A stretch of DNA of 64,000 nt from an uncultured Alphaproteobacteria bacterium (GTDB lineage: Bacteria; Pseudomonadota; Alphaproteobacteria; HIMB59; GCA-002718135): positions 4,660 through 68,659 of the forward strand of contig CABYIF010000002.1 in NCBI GenBank assembly GCA_902518985.1. The letters are read 5' to 3'. The notes below the pieces were generated by a model that was given only the letters and a program-made list of their open reading frames with translations, ran no database searches and was not told the origin of the DNA. Below are positions 48,909 to 56,335 of the stretch, in pieces. A program made the position numbers and the translations under genes. Positions within the stretch are counted from its first letter, which is position 1; every line of letters starts with the position of its first letter.

Positions 48909-49742
48909 ATGAAAATTATCACAAAAACCAAAGAATTAAAGAATATATTAGGTTCAATTAATAATTTATCTGAGTCAATTGGATTAGTTCTTACTATGGG
49001 TAATATTCATGCAGGACATCTATCTTTAATAAAAGAAGCGCAAAATAATAATAAACTTGTCATTACTTCAATTTTTATAAACCCAACACAATTTGACAAC
49101 GATGATGATTATAAATCATATCCTAAAACTTTAGATCAAGATATTGTTAAATTAAAATCTTCAAATTGTGATTTACTATATTTACCAACTGTACATGAGA
49201 TTTATCCAAAAGGATTAGTTATAGAAAAAAGTACTTTAAAATATAGAAACATACTATGTGATGGACACAGACCAGACCACTTTGATGGAGTAACAACTGT
49301 TGTGAATACTTTCTTTGATATAATAAAGCCTAAAAACAGTTATTTTGGAGAAAAAGATTATCAACAAATGAAACTAATAGATGAAATGGTAAAAATAAAA
49401 AAAATAGATGTTAATGTTGTTTCTTGTTTATCTATAAGAGATAAAAATGGAATGAGTTTATCATCTAGAAATTCTAATTTTACTCAAAAACAATCTGAAA
49501 TCTTTGAAAGTCTTGCAAAAAAAATAAAACTTCTCGTAAAAACTTTAAAAAAAAATAATCTTAAAGCTAATTTTAATCAATTTAAAAAAGAACTATCAAA
49601 AATTAATATAAATAAAATTGACTATTTAGAAATACGTGATGAAAAAAATTTAGAAATTACAAGTAATCATCATCATGCAAGATTATTTATTGCAGTTTTT
49701 ATAGATAAGATAAGAATTATTGATAATTTTAAATTATACTAA
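48909..49742 (+). CDS. panC: pantoate--beta-alanine ligase
   Basis: TMGNIHAGHLSL (HIGH-like), FINPTQF and FGEKDYQQ motifs are present. Confidence 0.9.
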   Translation: MKIITKTKELKNILGSINNLSESIGLVLTMGNIHAGHLSLIKEAQNNNKLVITSIFINPTQFDNDDDYKSYPKTLDQDIVKLKSSNCDLLYLPTVHEIYPKGLVIEKSTLKYRNILCDGHRPDHFDGVTTVVNTFFDIIKPKNSYFGEKDYQQMKLIDEMVKIKKIDVNVVSCLSIRDKNGMSLSSRNSNFTQKQSEIFESLAKKIKLLVKTLKKNNLKANFNQFKKELSKININKIDYLEIRDEKNLEITSNHHHARLFIAVFIDKIRIIDNFKLY

Positions 49743-50347
49743 GGTATAATCCAATAATATTCTGGTTTTTCATTATTAAAAATTATTTTTAATCTTCGAT
49801 GACCAGATATTTCCAGATATAGCCAATCAATTTCATTAATTCTGTTTTCTACAACTGTAAAGTTTTTAAAACCTTTTTCACTTTCTTCCAAATCAGGCTC
49901 TTTACTCATAAGATGCTCAGGTATTCCATCTTCTGGAAATGAGGTAAAAGAACTTGGATCTTTTTCAGTTAAATAACATTTTCTACTTAATAATCTTGTT
50001 TTACCCCACATTTCTTTTGCAATGTCATTTTGATTATTAAGAGTTGATGTTGTTCTAATCCTCATTTGTATTTTCAATTTATGATCATAAAATACAAATA
50101 ATGAATTATTATTATTTTTTAAATCAGTTACTTTTGGTGATCTAAAATCAGTGTGAAAATTTAGTACCATTTTTGATGGTTCAAATTTGCGTAATACAAT
50201 AACCCTTGACTCAATTTTACCATCATTATTAGTATTGCAAAATACAGGTGTATGAAAATTATGTTTTCTATCTTTAACGCCTCTAGTTAAATTTCTTTTA
50301 ATATCCTCAAATATTTCATAAGTATTTTCTTTTGAAGAATTCGACAT
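49739..50347 (-). CDS. pyridoxamine 5'-phosphate oxidase-related FMN-binding family protein
   Basis: The pattern R.VVLRKF....L.FHTD.RS.K..DL and Q.RI.. is typical of PNPOx-like split-barrel proteins. This is a family-level call only. Confidence 0.55.
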   Translation of the reverse strand: MSNSSKENTYEIFEDIKRNLTRGVKDRKHNFHTPVFCNTNNDGKIESRVIVLRKFEPSKMVLNFHTDFRSPKVTDLKNNNNSLFVFYDHKLKIQMRIRTTSTLNNQNDIAKEMWGKTRLLSRKCYLTEKDPSSFTSFPEDGIPEHLMSKEPDLEESEKGFKNFTVVENRINEIDWLYLEISGHRRLKIIFNNEKPEYYWIIP

Positions 50348-50388
50348 GATTAATGTAATATAAATATTTTTAGAGAAATATCTAGATA

Positions 50389-51183
50389 ATGAACAATAAA
50401 AGAACTTCTGATTTATTAAATAAAGATCATATTAAATTTTTAATTTCTATTTTTGAAAATAATAATGCTGAAATTCGTTTAGTAGGTGGTTGTATAAGGG
50501 ACATATTTCTTAACAAGGTAAGTAAAGATATTGATACTGCAACTGATATTAAGCCAAATGAAATTATAGAAATACTTAATAAAAACAAAATTGAATATGA
50601 TGATTTTGCTATTCAATATGGATCCATTATTTCTTATCCCTTAGAACATAAAGTTCAAATCACTACATTAAGAGAGGATGTTAATCAAATGGGGAGACAT
50701 ACAAATGTAATTTATACAAAAGATTGGCAAAAGGATGCAGCAAGAAGAGATTTTACATTTAATGCAATGTATCTTGGAAGTGATAACAAATTATTTGACT
50801 ATTTTAATGGTCAAGAAGACATTAAAGAAATGAAAATTAGGTTTATAGGTGAAATAGAAGAGAGGATTAAAGAGGATTATCTTCGCATATATCGCTATTT
50901 TAGATTTCTTGGTCTATTCGAATTACCAAATATTACCTTAAAGGATCAAAAAATTGTTGAAAAGTATATTCATGAATCTTTATCAGTATTAACTAATGAT
51001 ATGATAAGACAGGAGGTATTAAAAATGTTTAATATGCTATATCCTCTAAATTGTTTTAATAAATCCCACCAAACACAAATTAAATTTAAATGGGTTGAAA
51101 TAATTAAAGAACATTTTATTCGAACAAATTATGAACTTGGTTTAAATAAATGTTTAAATAAAATTGATAATATAATTAATTAA
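50389..51183 (+). CDS. class II tRNA nucleotidyltransferase / poly(A) polymerase family protein, unusually short (264 aa)
   Basis: Head and neck motifs are present: GGCIRD, DIDTAT, TLRED, RRDFTFNAMY and EDYLRIYRYFRF. Only about 90 aa follow motif E. Confidence 0.7.
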   Translation: MNNKRTSDLLNKDHIKFLISIFENNNAEIRLVGGCIRDIFLNKVSKDIDTATDIKPNEIIEILNKNKIEYDDFAIQYGSIISYPLEHKVQITTLREDVNQMGRHTNVIYTKDWQKDAARRDFTFNAMYLGSDNKLFDYFNGQEDIKEMKIRFIGEIEERIKEDYLRIYRYFRFLGLFELPNITLKDQKIVEKYIHESLSVLTNDMIRQEVLKMFNMLYPLNCFNKSHQTQIKFKWVEIIKEHFIRTNYELGLNKCLNKIDNIIN

Positions 51184-51584
51184 TTTTTAAATTTACAACT
51201 TTCACATAAACCATAAATCTCTAAGCTATGCTTTCTATATTGAAAATTATTTTTATCAGATTGTTTTGAAAAGTAGCTAATCAAGTTATTTCCAGTTAAT
51301 TCTTTAACTTTATCACAATTTTCACATATTAAAAAAGAAGTGGAGGTTTTAGCAGTACATCCCTCATGTTTACATGCAATGTATGAGTTCCTACTTTCTA
51401 TTTTATGCACTTTTCCAATTTCAATTAATTTATCTAGTGCTCTATAAACTTGAAGGGGAGATTTAATTCCTTTCTTCTGAATATCAAAAAGAATTGTATA
51501 TGCTTTTAGAGGTTCTGATGAGCTTTCCAAAATATCAAGAACTGTTTGTTGATTTTTAGTTAATATTAACGTTTCTAAAGCCAT
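51180..51584 (-). CDS. zur: Fur-family transcriptional regulator, probable zinc uptake regulator Zur
   Basis: It has a winged-helix N-terminus and CxxC pairs (CKHEGC, CENC, CESC). It is the last gene of the znuC-znuB-zur unit. Confidence 0.7.
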   Translation of the reverse strand: MALETLILTKNQQTVLDILESSSEPLKAYTILFDIQKKGIKSPLQVYRALDKLIEIGKVHKIESRNSYIACKHEGCTAKTSTSFLICENCDKVKELTGNNLISYFSKQSDKNNFQYRKHSLEIYGLCESCKFKN

Positions 51585-51603
51585 CAGTTAAATTACCAAA
51601 TTG

Positions 51604-52410
51604 TTATCGTTTTTGCAACTGGCCTCTAATTTCAAGAGGAAGCAATGAAATAATGAAAAGCATTAAGGCAACAACAATAATTGAAGGACCTGAAGAGGTA
51701 TTTAGTTCTAAAGAAGCAAATAGACCAACAACTACTGATAAAATACCAGATAAGATTGTAATTAAAATCATTTGTCTAGGACTACTACTAATGTTTCTAG
51801 CAATAGCAGCAGGAATTAAAAGTAAACCTGTAATTAATAGAGCACCAATCATTTTAATTGATAAAGCAATTACACCTGCTAATAAAAGTGTAAATATAAA
51901 GTTAGAAATCTCCGGCCTCATTCCTTCAGCTGCCGACAAATCATAATTTACAGTTGCGGAAAATAAAGATTTCCAAATAAAATATAAGATAATTAATATT
52001 ATGCCTCCGCCTATCCAAACTAACGCAATATCTGCTGTTGTTACAGCAAGAATATCTCCAAACAATAATCCCATGAGATCAAATCGGATGTAAGATAAAA
52101 AACCAATTAATACTAAACCAATGGCAAGTGTAGAGTGAGCAAGAAGTCCAAGTAAAGAATCGCCAGCCAACTTTGTTCTTTTTTGTAAGCTAACAAGAAG
52201 TAAAGCAACAACAGTTGAAATTACAAAAACAGAAAAAGCAATATTTATACTTAATGAGTAAGCTAATGTTACTCCTAAAAGAGCAGAATGAGATAAAGTG
52301 TCACCAAAATAGGACAACCTTCTCCAGATAACTAAGCATCCAAGTGGTCCAGAAACTATCGCTATCCCAACCCCTGCAAAAATTGCACGAATAAAAAAAT
52401 CATCAAACAT
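51604..52410 (-). CDS. znuB: zinc ABC transporter permease
   Basis: ABC-3 family permease (GDTLSHSALLGV, ...). It sits in znu context. Confidence 0.85.
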   Translation of the reverse strand: MFDDFFIRAIFAGVGIAIVSGPLGCLVIWRRLSYFGDTLSHSALLGVTLAYSLSINIAFSVFVISTVVALLLVSLQKRTKLAGDSLLGLLAHSTLAIGLVLIGFLSYIRFDLMGLLFGDILAVTTADIALVWIGGGIILIILYFIWKSLFSATVNYDLSAAEGMRPEISNFIFTLLLAGVIALSIKMIGALLITGLLLIPAAIARNISSSPRQMILITILSGILSVVVGLFASLELNTSSGPSIIVVALMLFIISLLPLEIRGQLQKR

Positions 52411-53153
52411 TAGTTTTTAACACTCCCATCTGTCTGATGTGAGTGATCGTGCTCATGTTGGTAGAGAGATAAGGTGGCAGCGTTATGTTCTCCAAATAAT
52501 TCTATGTAAGAAGAATTTTTTACTATAGAGTTGGGCGATCCAGAGCAACAAATGTGCCCATTTAAGCAAATTACATGATCTGTCGCGGACATTACAAAAT
52601 GTAGATCATGAGATATTAGAAGGATACCACAATTTAACTTAGTACAAATTTTTTTTATTAGATCGTAGAGAGCGATTTCTCCATTAAAATCTACACCTTG
52701 TACAGGTTCATCTAAAACAAGTAGATCTGGTTTTTTAGCTATTGCTCTTGCTATTAAAACTCTCTGAAATTCTCCACCAGATAAGTTATGAATTTCATTG
52801 TACATTAAATGCTGAACCCCTGTTAATTTCAAATCTTCAATAATTTCCTCTTTATTGATGTTACTAGTTAGATTCATAAAATCTATAACTCGAAGTGGCA
52901 TAGTCCAATCAATACTAATTTTTTGTGGAACATATGCCATTTTTTTTGAATAATTCTCAATTGAACCTTCATCTGATTTAAGAATCTTAAGTGCCATTTT
53001 AGCTGTAGTTGTTTTTCCTGAACCATTTGGACCAATTAAAGTTACAATTTTACCCTTATTAATTTCAAGTGAGATGCCTTTTACAATCCATTTTGAAGAT
53101 TTTTGAACACCACAATCTTTTAATCTTACCAATAAATCATTATTTTTGTTCAT
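52410..53153 (-). CDS. znuC: zinc ABC transporter ATP-binding protein
   Basis: Walker A GPNGSGKTT, LSGGEFQR and LVLDEP motifs are present, along with a His-rich C-terminus (HEHDHSHQ). Confidence 0.85.
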   Translation of the reverse strand: MNKNNDLLVRLKDCGVQKSSKWIVKGISLEINKGKIVTLIGPNGSGKTTTAKMALKILKSDEGSIENYSKKMAYVPQKISIDWTMPLRVIDFMNLTSNINKEEIIEDLKLTGVQHLMYNEIHNLSGGEFQRVLIARAIAKKPDLLVLDEPVQGVDFNGEIALYDLIKKICTKLNCGILLISHDLHFVMSATDHVICLNGHICCSGSPNSIVKNSSYIELFGEHNAATLSLYQHEHDHSHQTDGSVKN

Positions 53154-53175
53154 TTTTATATTTACAATCCTAAAT

Positions 53176-53193
53176 GTAATATTATAACATTAC
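53176..53193. promoter_or_regulatory. candidate Zur box (18-nt near-palindrome GTAATATTATAACATTAC) in the znuC/znuA divergent promoter
   Basis: 8 of 9 positions are self-complementary. It is centred in the 79-nt spacer between znuC (start 53153, minus) and znuA (start 53233, plus). It resembles the AT-rich GTAATGTTATAACATTAC-type Zur operators described for alphaproteobacteria. Confidence 0.6.
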
Positions 53194-53232
53194 GTTCATT
53201 AACATTCTTAATTACTAATAGGAACATTTTTT

Positions 53233-54243
53233 ATGAGACAAAACAACTTTTTTTTGATGCTTTTCAAAGTATTTTTATTTTCGTCAATTCTATTTTCAAC
53301 TTCAGCTGCTAGAGCAGAATTAAAAGTTGTTACTACGATCAAACCACTTTATTCACTAATTGCCAATGTAATGGATGGTTTAGGTGAGCCAGAACTTATA
53401 ATTGAAGGAAGTACTTCTCCGCATAGTTTTACATTAAAACCCTCGCATGCTAAACTTTTAGAAGAAGCAGATATTATTTTTTGGGTTGGTGAAGGATTAG
53501 AAACATTTATGGAGAGACCTCTTGAGTCAATTGTCAAAAATGCAGAAGTTGTAGAGTTCATGGAATTTCAAAGTATTAATAAATTGAAGTTTAGAGAAGA
53601 GTCAATTTTTGAAGGTCACGACGATCACGATGACCACGACGATCATGAAGATCACGACGATCATGACGACCAAGATGACCACGATGACCACGATGACCAC
53701 GACGACCACGACGATCACGATGACCACGGTCATGCACATGGTGAATTCGATGCTCACATTTGGCTAGATCCAATGAATGCTAAAGAAATGATTCATGAAA
53801 TTGCTCATGAGTTAGGAGATTTAGATCCAGCAAATAAAAATAAATATGAAGCTAATGCACAAGCTACAATCCAAGCACTAGATCAATTAGTTAACAATAT
53901 TGAAAAAGAAGTAAATAAAGATGCAAAGTTTGTAGTCTTCCATGATGCTTATCAATACTTTGAAGAAAGATTTGGAGTTAGAGCTGCTGGAGCGCTTACT
54001 TTGAATACGGATGTTTTACCTGGTGCTAAACAAATTGCTGATATTCAAGATGTAATTAAAGATAGAGCAATAAAATGTATTTTCTCTGAACCACAGTTCA
54101 ATCCAAAGATAATTACAACGATAGCTGAAGATATGAATATCAAAACAGGAGTTTTTGATCCTCTAGGTGCTAATATTGACTTAAATAAAGATCTTTATTT
54201 TAAGTTAATACAAAACTTAGGAGATGAACTTAAAGATTGTTAG
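53233..54243 (+). CDS. znuA: zinc ABC transporter periplasmic substrate-binding protein
   Basis: It has a signal peptide and a cluster-9 SBP fold (HSFTLKPS, DAHIWLDP, FHDAYQYF). A long His/Asp-rich loop is present. Confidence 0.9.
   Translation: MRQNNFFLMLFKVFLFSSILFSTSAARAELKVVTTIKPLYSLIANVMDGLGEPELIIEGSTSPHSFTLKPSHAKLLEEADIIFWVGEGLETFMERPLESIVKNAEVVEFMEFQSINKLKFREESIFEGHDDHDDHDDHEDHDDHDDQDDHDDHDDHDDHDDHDDHGHAHGEFDAHIWLDPMNAKEMIHEIAHELGDLDPANKNKYEANAQATIQALDQLVNNIEKEVNKDAKFVVFHDAYQYFEERFGVRAAGALTLNTDVLPGAKQIADIQDVIKDRAIKCIFSEPQFNPKIITTIAEDMNIKTGVFDPLGANIDLNKDLYFKLIQNLGDELKDC
53617..53739 (+). repeat. in-frame tandem 9-nt repeat (CAY GAY GAY)x12 encoding (HDD)n plus HGHAH in the ZnuA loop
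   Basis: Read directly: HDD HDD HDD HED HDD HDD QDD HDD HDD HDD HDD HDD HGHAH. It forms a GC-rich island. Confidence 0.9.
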
Positions 54244-54272
54244 AAATATATTTTAAATATTAAATTTAAATT

Positions 54273-54297
54273 GAGGGTGTTAATTAGCAGCACCCTC
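54273..54297. terminator. 7-bp GC-rich hairpin (GAGGGTG-N11-CACCCTC) between convergent znuA and the Cys-rich ORF
   Basis: The stem was read directly from the sequence. The loop contains the stop codon of the minus-strand small ORF. On the minus strand an A/U-rich tail follows, and on the plus strand there is no clean U-tract. Confidence 0.3.
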
Positions 54298-54367
54298 CAC
54301 CTTCACAAGTACAGCAACAGCTACAACTGCAACCACACTTTGGTGGGTTTGGATTTTGATTTTTCAT
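54284..54367 (-). CDS. hypothetical 27-aa cysteine-rich peptide (metallothionein-like): MKNQNPNPPKCGCSCSCCCTCEGGGCC
   Basis: Manual translation gives ATG (54365..54367) through TAA (54284..54286), 28 codons including stop, with 9 Cys. It forms a GC-rich patch in an A/T spacer. It is not in the ORF track because of its short length. Confidence 0.45.
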   Translation of the reverse strand: MKNQNPNPPKCGCSCSCCCTCEGGGCC

Positions 54368-54410
54368 AATTATACCTATATCTATATTTAGATAATTTAT
54401 AAACAAATTT

Positions 54411-55268
54411 ATGAGAAAAATAATAGAAATTAAAGAGTGTATGAAGACTTTCGAGGGTGACGGGATACCTGTAACGAGAGCCTTCCCCGTTCCTGGAATG
54501 AGAGAAAATGATCCATTTCTTCTTTTTGATCATTTTGGCCCAATTAATTATGAACCAGGAGGTGCAACTGGTGTACCAGCGCATCCTCATTGCGGATTTG
54601 AGGCAATCACTTATATGCTTGGTGGTGAAGTAGAACACAGAGATTCATTTGGCGGACAAGCAGAAATTGAAACAGGTGATGTACAATGGATGACAACTGG
54701 ATCAGGTTTAATTCACTCTGAATTGGTAACAGAAAAATTTAAGAAGAGTGGTGGGGTTATGCAGGGATTACAAATCTGGGTTAACCTTCCACAAAAAAAT
54801 AAAAAAGTGAAACCTTGGTATCAACATATTAAGAAAAATACTATTCCATCGGTATCTGAAAATGCAAATATAGAAATTAAAGTTCTTGTAGGTGAAATAA
54901 ATGGAACCAAATCCAAAGTTCAAACATATTCACCTGTATCAATATTCGATATTCAATTTTCAAAACCAGATATGACAAAGCTTAATGTCGATAAAGAACA
55001 AAATCTTATGATCTATATTATTGATGGTCAGTTACAATTCAACAACAATGATAAGATTGCTAATAAAGGTGATATGATTTATTTTGATCAGTCAAGTGAT
55101 GAGATTCAACTTACGTCAATATCTGAAAAGGGGTCCTATCTGGTTTTAGCTGGAAAGCCGCTTAAAGAATCTGTAGCACGTTATGGTCCTTTTGTGGCAA
55201 ATTCTGAGGGAGAAATCAAGCAAGCTATGATGGATTATCAAGAAGGAAAGATGGGAAGTTTAGCTTAA
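54411..55268 (+). CDS. pirin family protein
   Basis: The cupin metal site HPHCGFEAITYMLGG and the bicupin length (285 aa) fit the family. Confidence 0.9.
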   Translation: MRKIIEIKECMKTFEGDGIPVTRAFPVPGMRENDPFLLFDHFGPINYEPGGATGVPAHPHCGFEAITYMLGGEVEHRDSFGGQAEIETGDVQWMTTGSGLIHSELVTEKFKKSGGVMQGLQIWVNLPQKNKKVKPWYQHIKKNTIPSVSENANIEIKVLVGEINGTKSKVQTYSPVSIFDIQFSKPDMTKLNVDKEQNLMIYIIDGQLQFNNNDKIANKGDMIYFDQSSDEIQLTSISEKGSYLVLAGKPLKESVARYGPFVANSEGEIKQAMMDYQEGKMGSLA

Positions 55269-55711
55269 GTTAATTGACGTAACATCTCACCAGCTACAAT
55301 AGCAACTGAACTACTAAGATTAATAGACCTAGGCCCTTTTATCATTGGTATTCTTAATCTTTCGTCGACAGAGCTATGGACGTAATCAGGTGAACCTGCA
55401 CTTTCTCTTCCAAATAAAATAATATCGTTAGATTGAAATTCATAATCAAAATAATTTTTCTTACTTTTTGTTGTTAGAAGAATGAGTCGATATGAATTAT
55501 TTTTCGACCATTCATAAAATTTTTCCCAACTTAAGTGTTTTTTTAATTCTAGATAATCATAATAATCCATTGATGCTCTCTTTAATCTCTTATCATCTAT
55601 TATAAAGCCTGTTGGCTCAATAACATCCACCGGTATTCCAAGGCATGCTCCTAGTCTAAACACGTTTCCAGCATTTTGTGGTATGTCAGGTTCAAAAAGA
55701 GCAATTCTCAT
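55265..55711 (-). CDS. trmL: tRNA (cytidine/uridine-2'-O-)-methyltransferase TrmL (SpoU family)
   Basis: The 148-aa protein begins MRIALFEPDIPQNAGNVFR. SPOUT knot motifs (FGRESAG, SLNLSSSVAIV) are present. Confidence 0.85.
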   Translation of the reverse strand: MRIALFEPDIPQNAGNVFRLGACLGIPVDVIEPTGFIIDDKRLKRASMDYYDYLELKKHLSWEKFYEWSKNNSYRLILLTTKSKKNYFDYEFQSNDIILFGRESAGSPDYVHSSVDERLRIPMIKGPRSINLSSSVAIVAGEMLRQLT

Positions 55712-55737
55712 GGTTTTTTAGTATATTATTTTATTAC

Positions 55738-55765
55738 TTGCGTCACGCTGGCACATATTTATAAA
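55738..55765 (+). promoter_or_regulatory. candidate sigma70-type promoter for petABC (TTGCGT-N16-TATAAA)
   Basis: Hexamers were read by eye about 40 nt upstream of the petA ATG. AT-rich -10-like hexamers are frequent in this sequence, so specificity is low. Confidence 0.25.
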
Positions 55766-55805
55766 GTATTTTTTTGATTAATTAAGATATAAGAAATCAT
55801 AATAA

Positions 55806-56333
55806 ATGGTTAAAAAAAACAATAATAAGCGAAGAGATTTTTTACAGTTAAGTACTCTAACCCTTGGAGGAGTTGGTACAGCTGCCTTCATTTGGCCATT
55901 TTTAAAAAGCATGAGTCCAGCAGAGGATACATTAGCAGCAGGATCAACAGAAGTAGATATTAGTGCTATTGAAGAAGGCCAAAGCATTACCATAAAATGG
56001 AGAGGAAAACCTGTTTTCATAAAGAAAAGAACAAAAGATGAAATTGATGCAGCAAAAATGGTTCAAGCTTCTGATCTGCGTGATCCGCAAGATGATGCTG
56101 ATAGAGTACAAAAAGAAGAATGGTTAGTTTTAGTAGGAGTATGCACACACTTAGGCTGTGTTCCACTTGGTCAAAAAGTTTCGGATATGAAGGGGGAGTA
56201 TGACGGTTGGTACTGCCCATGTCATGGCTCGCATTATGATACATCTGGTAGAATCAGAAAGGGACCAGCACCCAAAAACTTGGACATTCCACCCTATTCC
56301 TTTTTAAATGATAGTACTATAAAGATTGGATAA
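55806..56333 (+). CDS. petA: ubiquinol-cytochrome c reductase Rieske iron-sulfur subunit
   Basis: A Tat motif (KRRDFL) is present, with Rieske boxes CTHLGC and CPCHGS. Confidence 0.92.
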   Translation: MVKKNNNKRRDFLQLSTLTLGGVGTAAFIWPFLKSMSPAEDTLAAGSTEVDISAIEEGQSITIKWRGKPVFIKKRTKDEIDAAKMVQASDLRDPQDDADRVQKEEWLVLVGVCTHLGCVPLGQKVSDMKGEYDGWYCPCHGSHYDTSGRIRKGPAPKNLDIPPYSFLNDSTIKIG

Positions 56334-56335
56334 AT

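Noticed and set aside
53591-53773. A 60-aa Arg/His/Gly/Asp-rich (RGH/RD repeat) minus-strand ORF.
   Set aside because: It is the mirror image of the (HDD)n 9-nt tandem repeat inside znuA. It stays open only because the repeat lacks stop complements.
54241-54369. The plus-strand frame of znuA stays open for 42 codons after its TAG stop (possible read-through extension or a 30-aa GTG ORF).
   Set aside because: The extension (KYILNIKFKLRVLISSTLHLHKYSNSYNCNHTLVGLDFDFS) has no recognisable feature. The openness is better explained as the complement of the Cys-codon-rich minus-strand ORF.
54391-54410. A weak Zur-box-like AT-rich segment (GATAATTTATAAACAAATTT) upstream of pirin and the Cys-rich ORF.
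   Set aside because: Only about half of the positions match the znu palindrome, and it is not self-complementary. It is indistinguishable from background in this AT-rich spacer.
54321-54638. A 105-aa minus-strand ORF in the supplied track that spans the spacer and the 5' part of pirin.
   Set aside because: It runs antisense to a well-supported pirin gene. Its product is low-complexity and Lys/Tyr/Phe-rich with no motifs. Its 3' end is simply the Cys-rich segment read in the wrong frame.
55749-55765. TGGCAC followed 5 nt later by TATAA, which superficially resembles a sigma-54 -24/-12 promoter upstream of petA.
   Set aside because: The -12 element lacks the required GC (TTGC) core. The site is better read as the spacer of a sigma-70-like TTGCGT-N16-TATAAA arrangement, which is itself low confidence.
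55774-55787. TTGAT-TAAT-TAAGA, an FNR/CRP-like half palindrome upstream of petABC.
   Set aside because: Only one half-site matches TTGAT-N4-ATCAA. This is expected by chance in AT-rich DNA.
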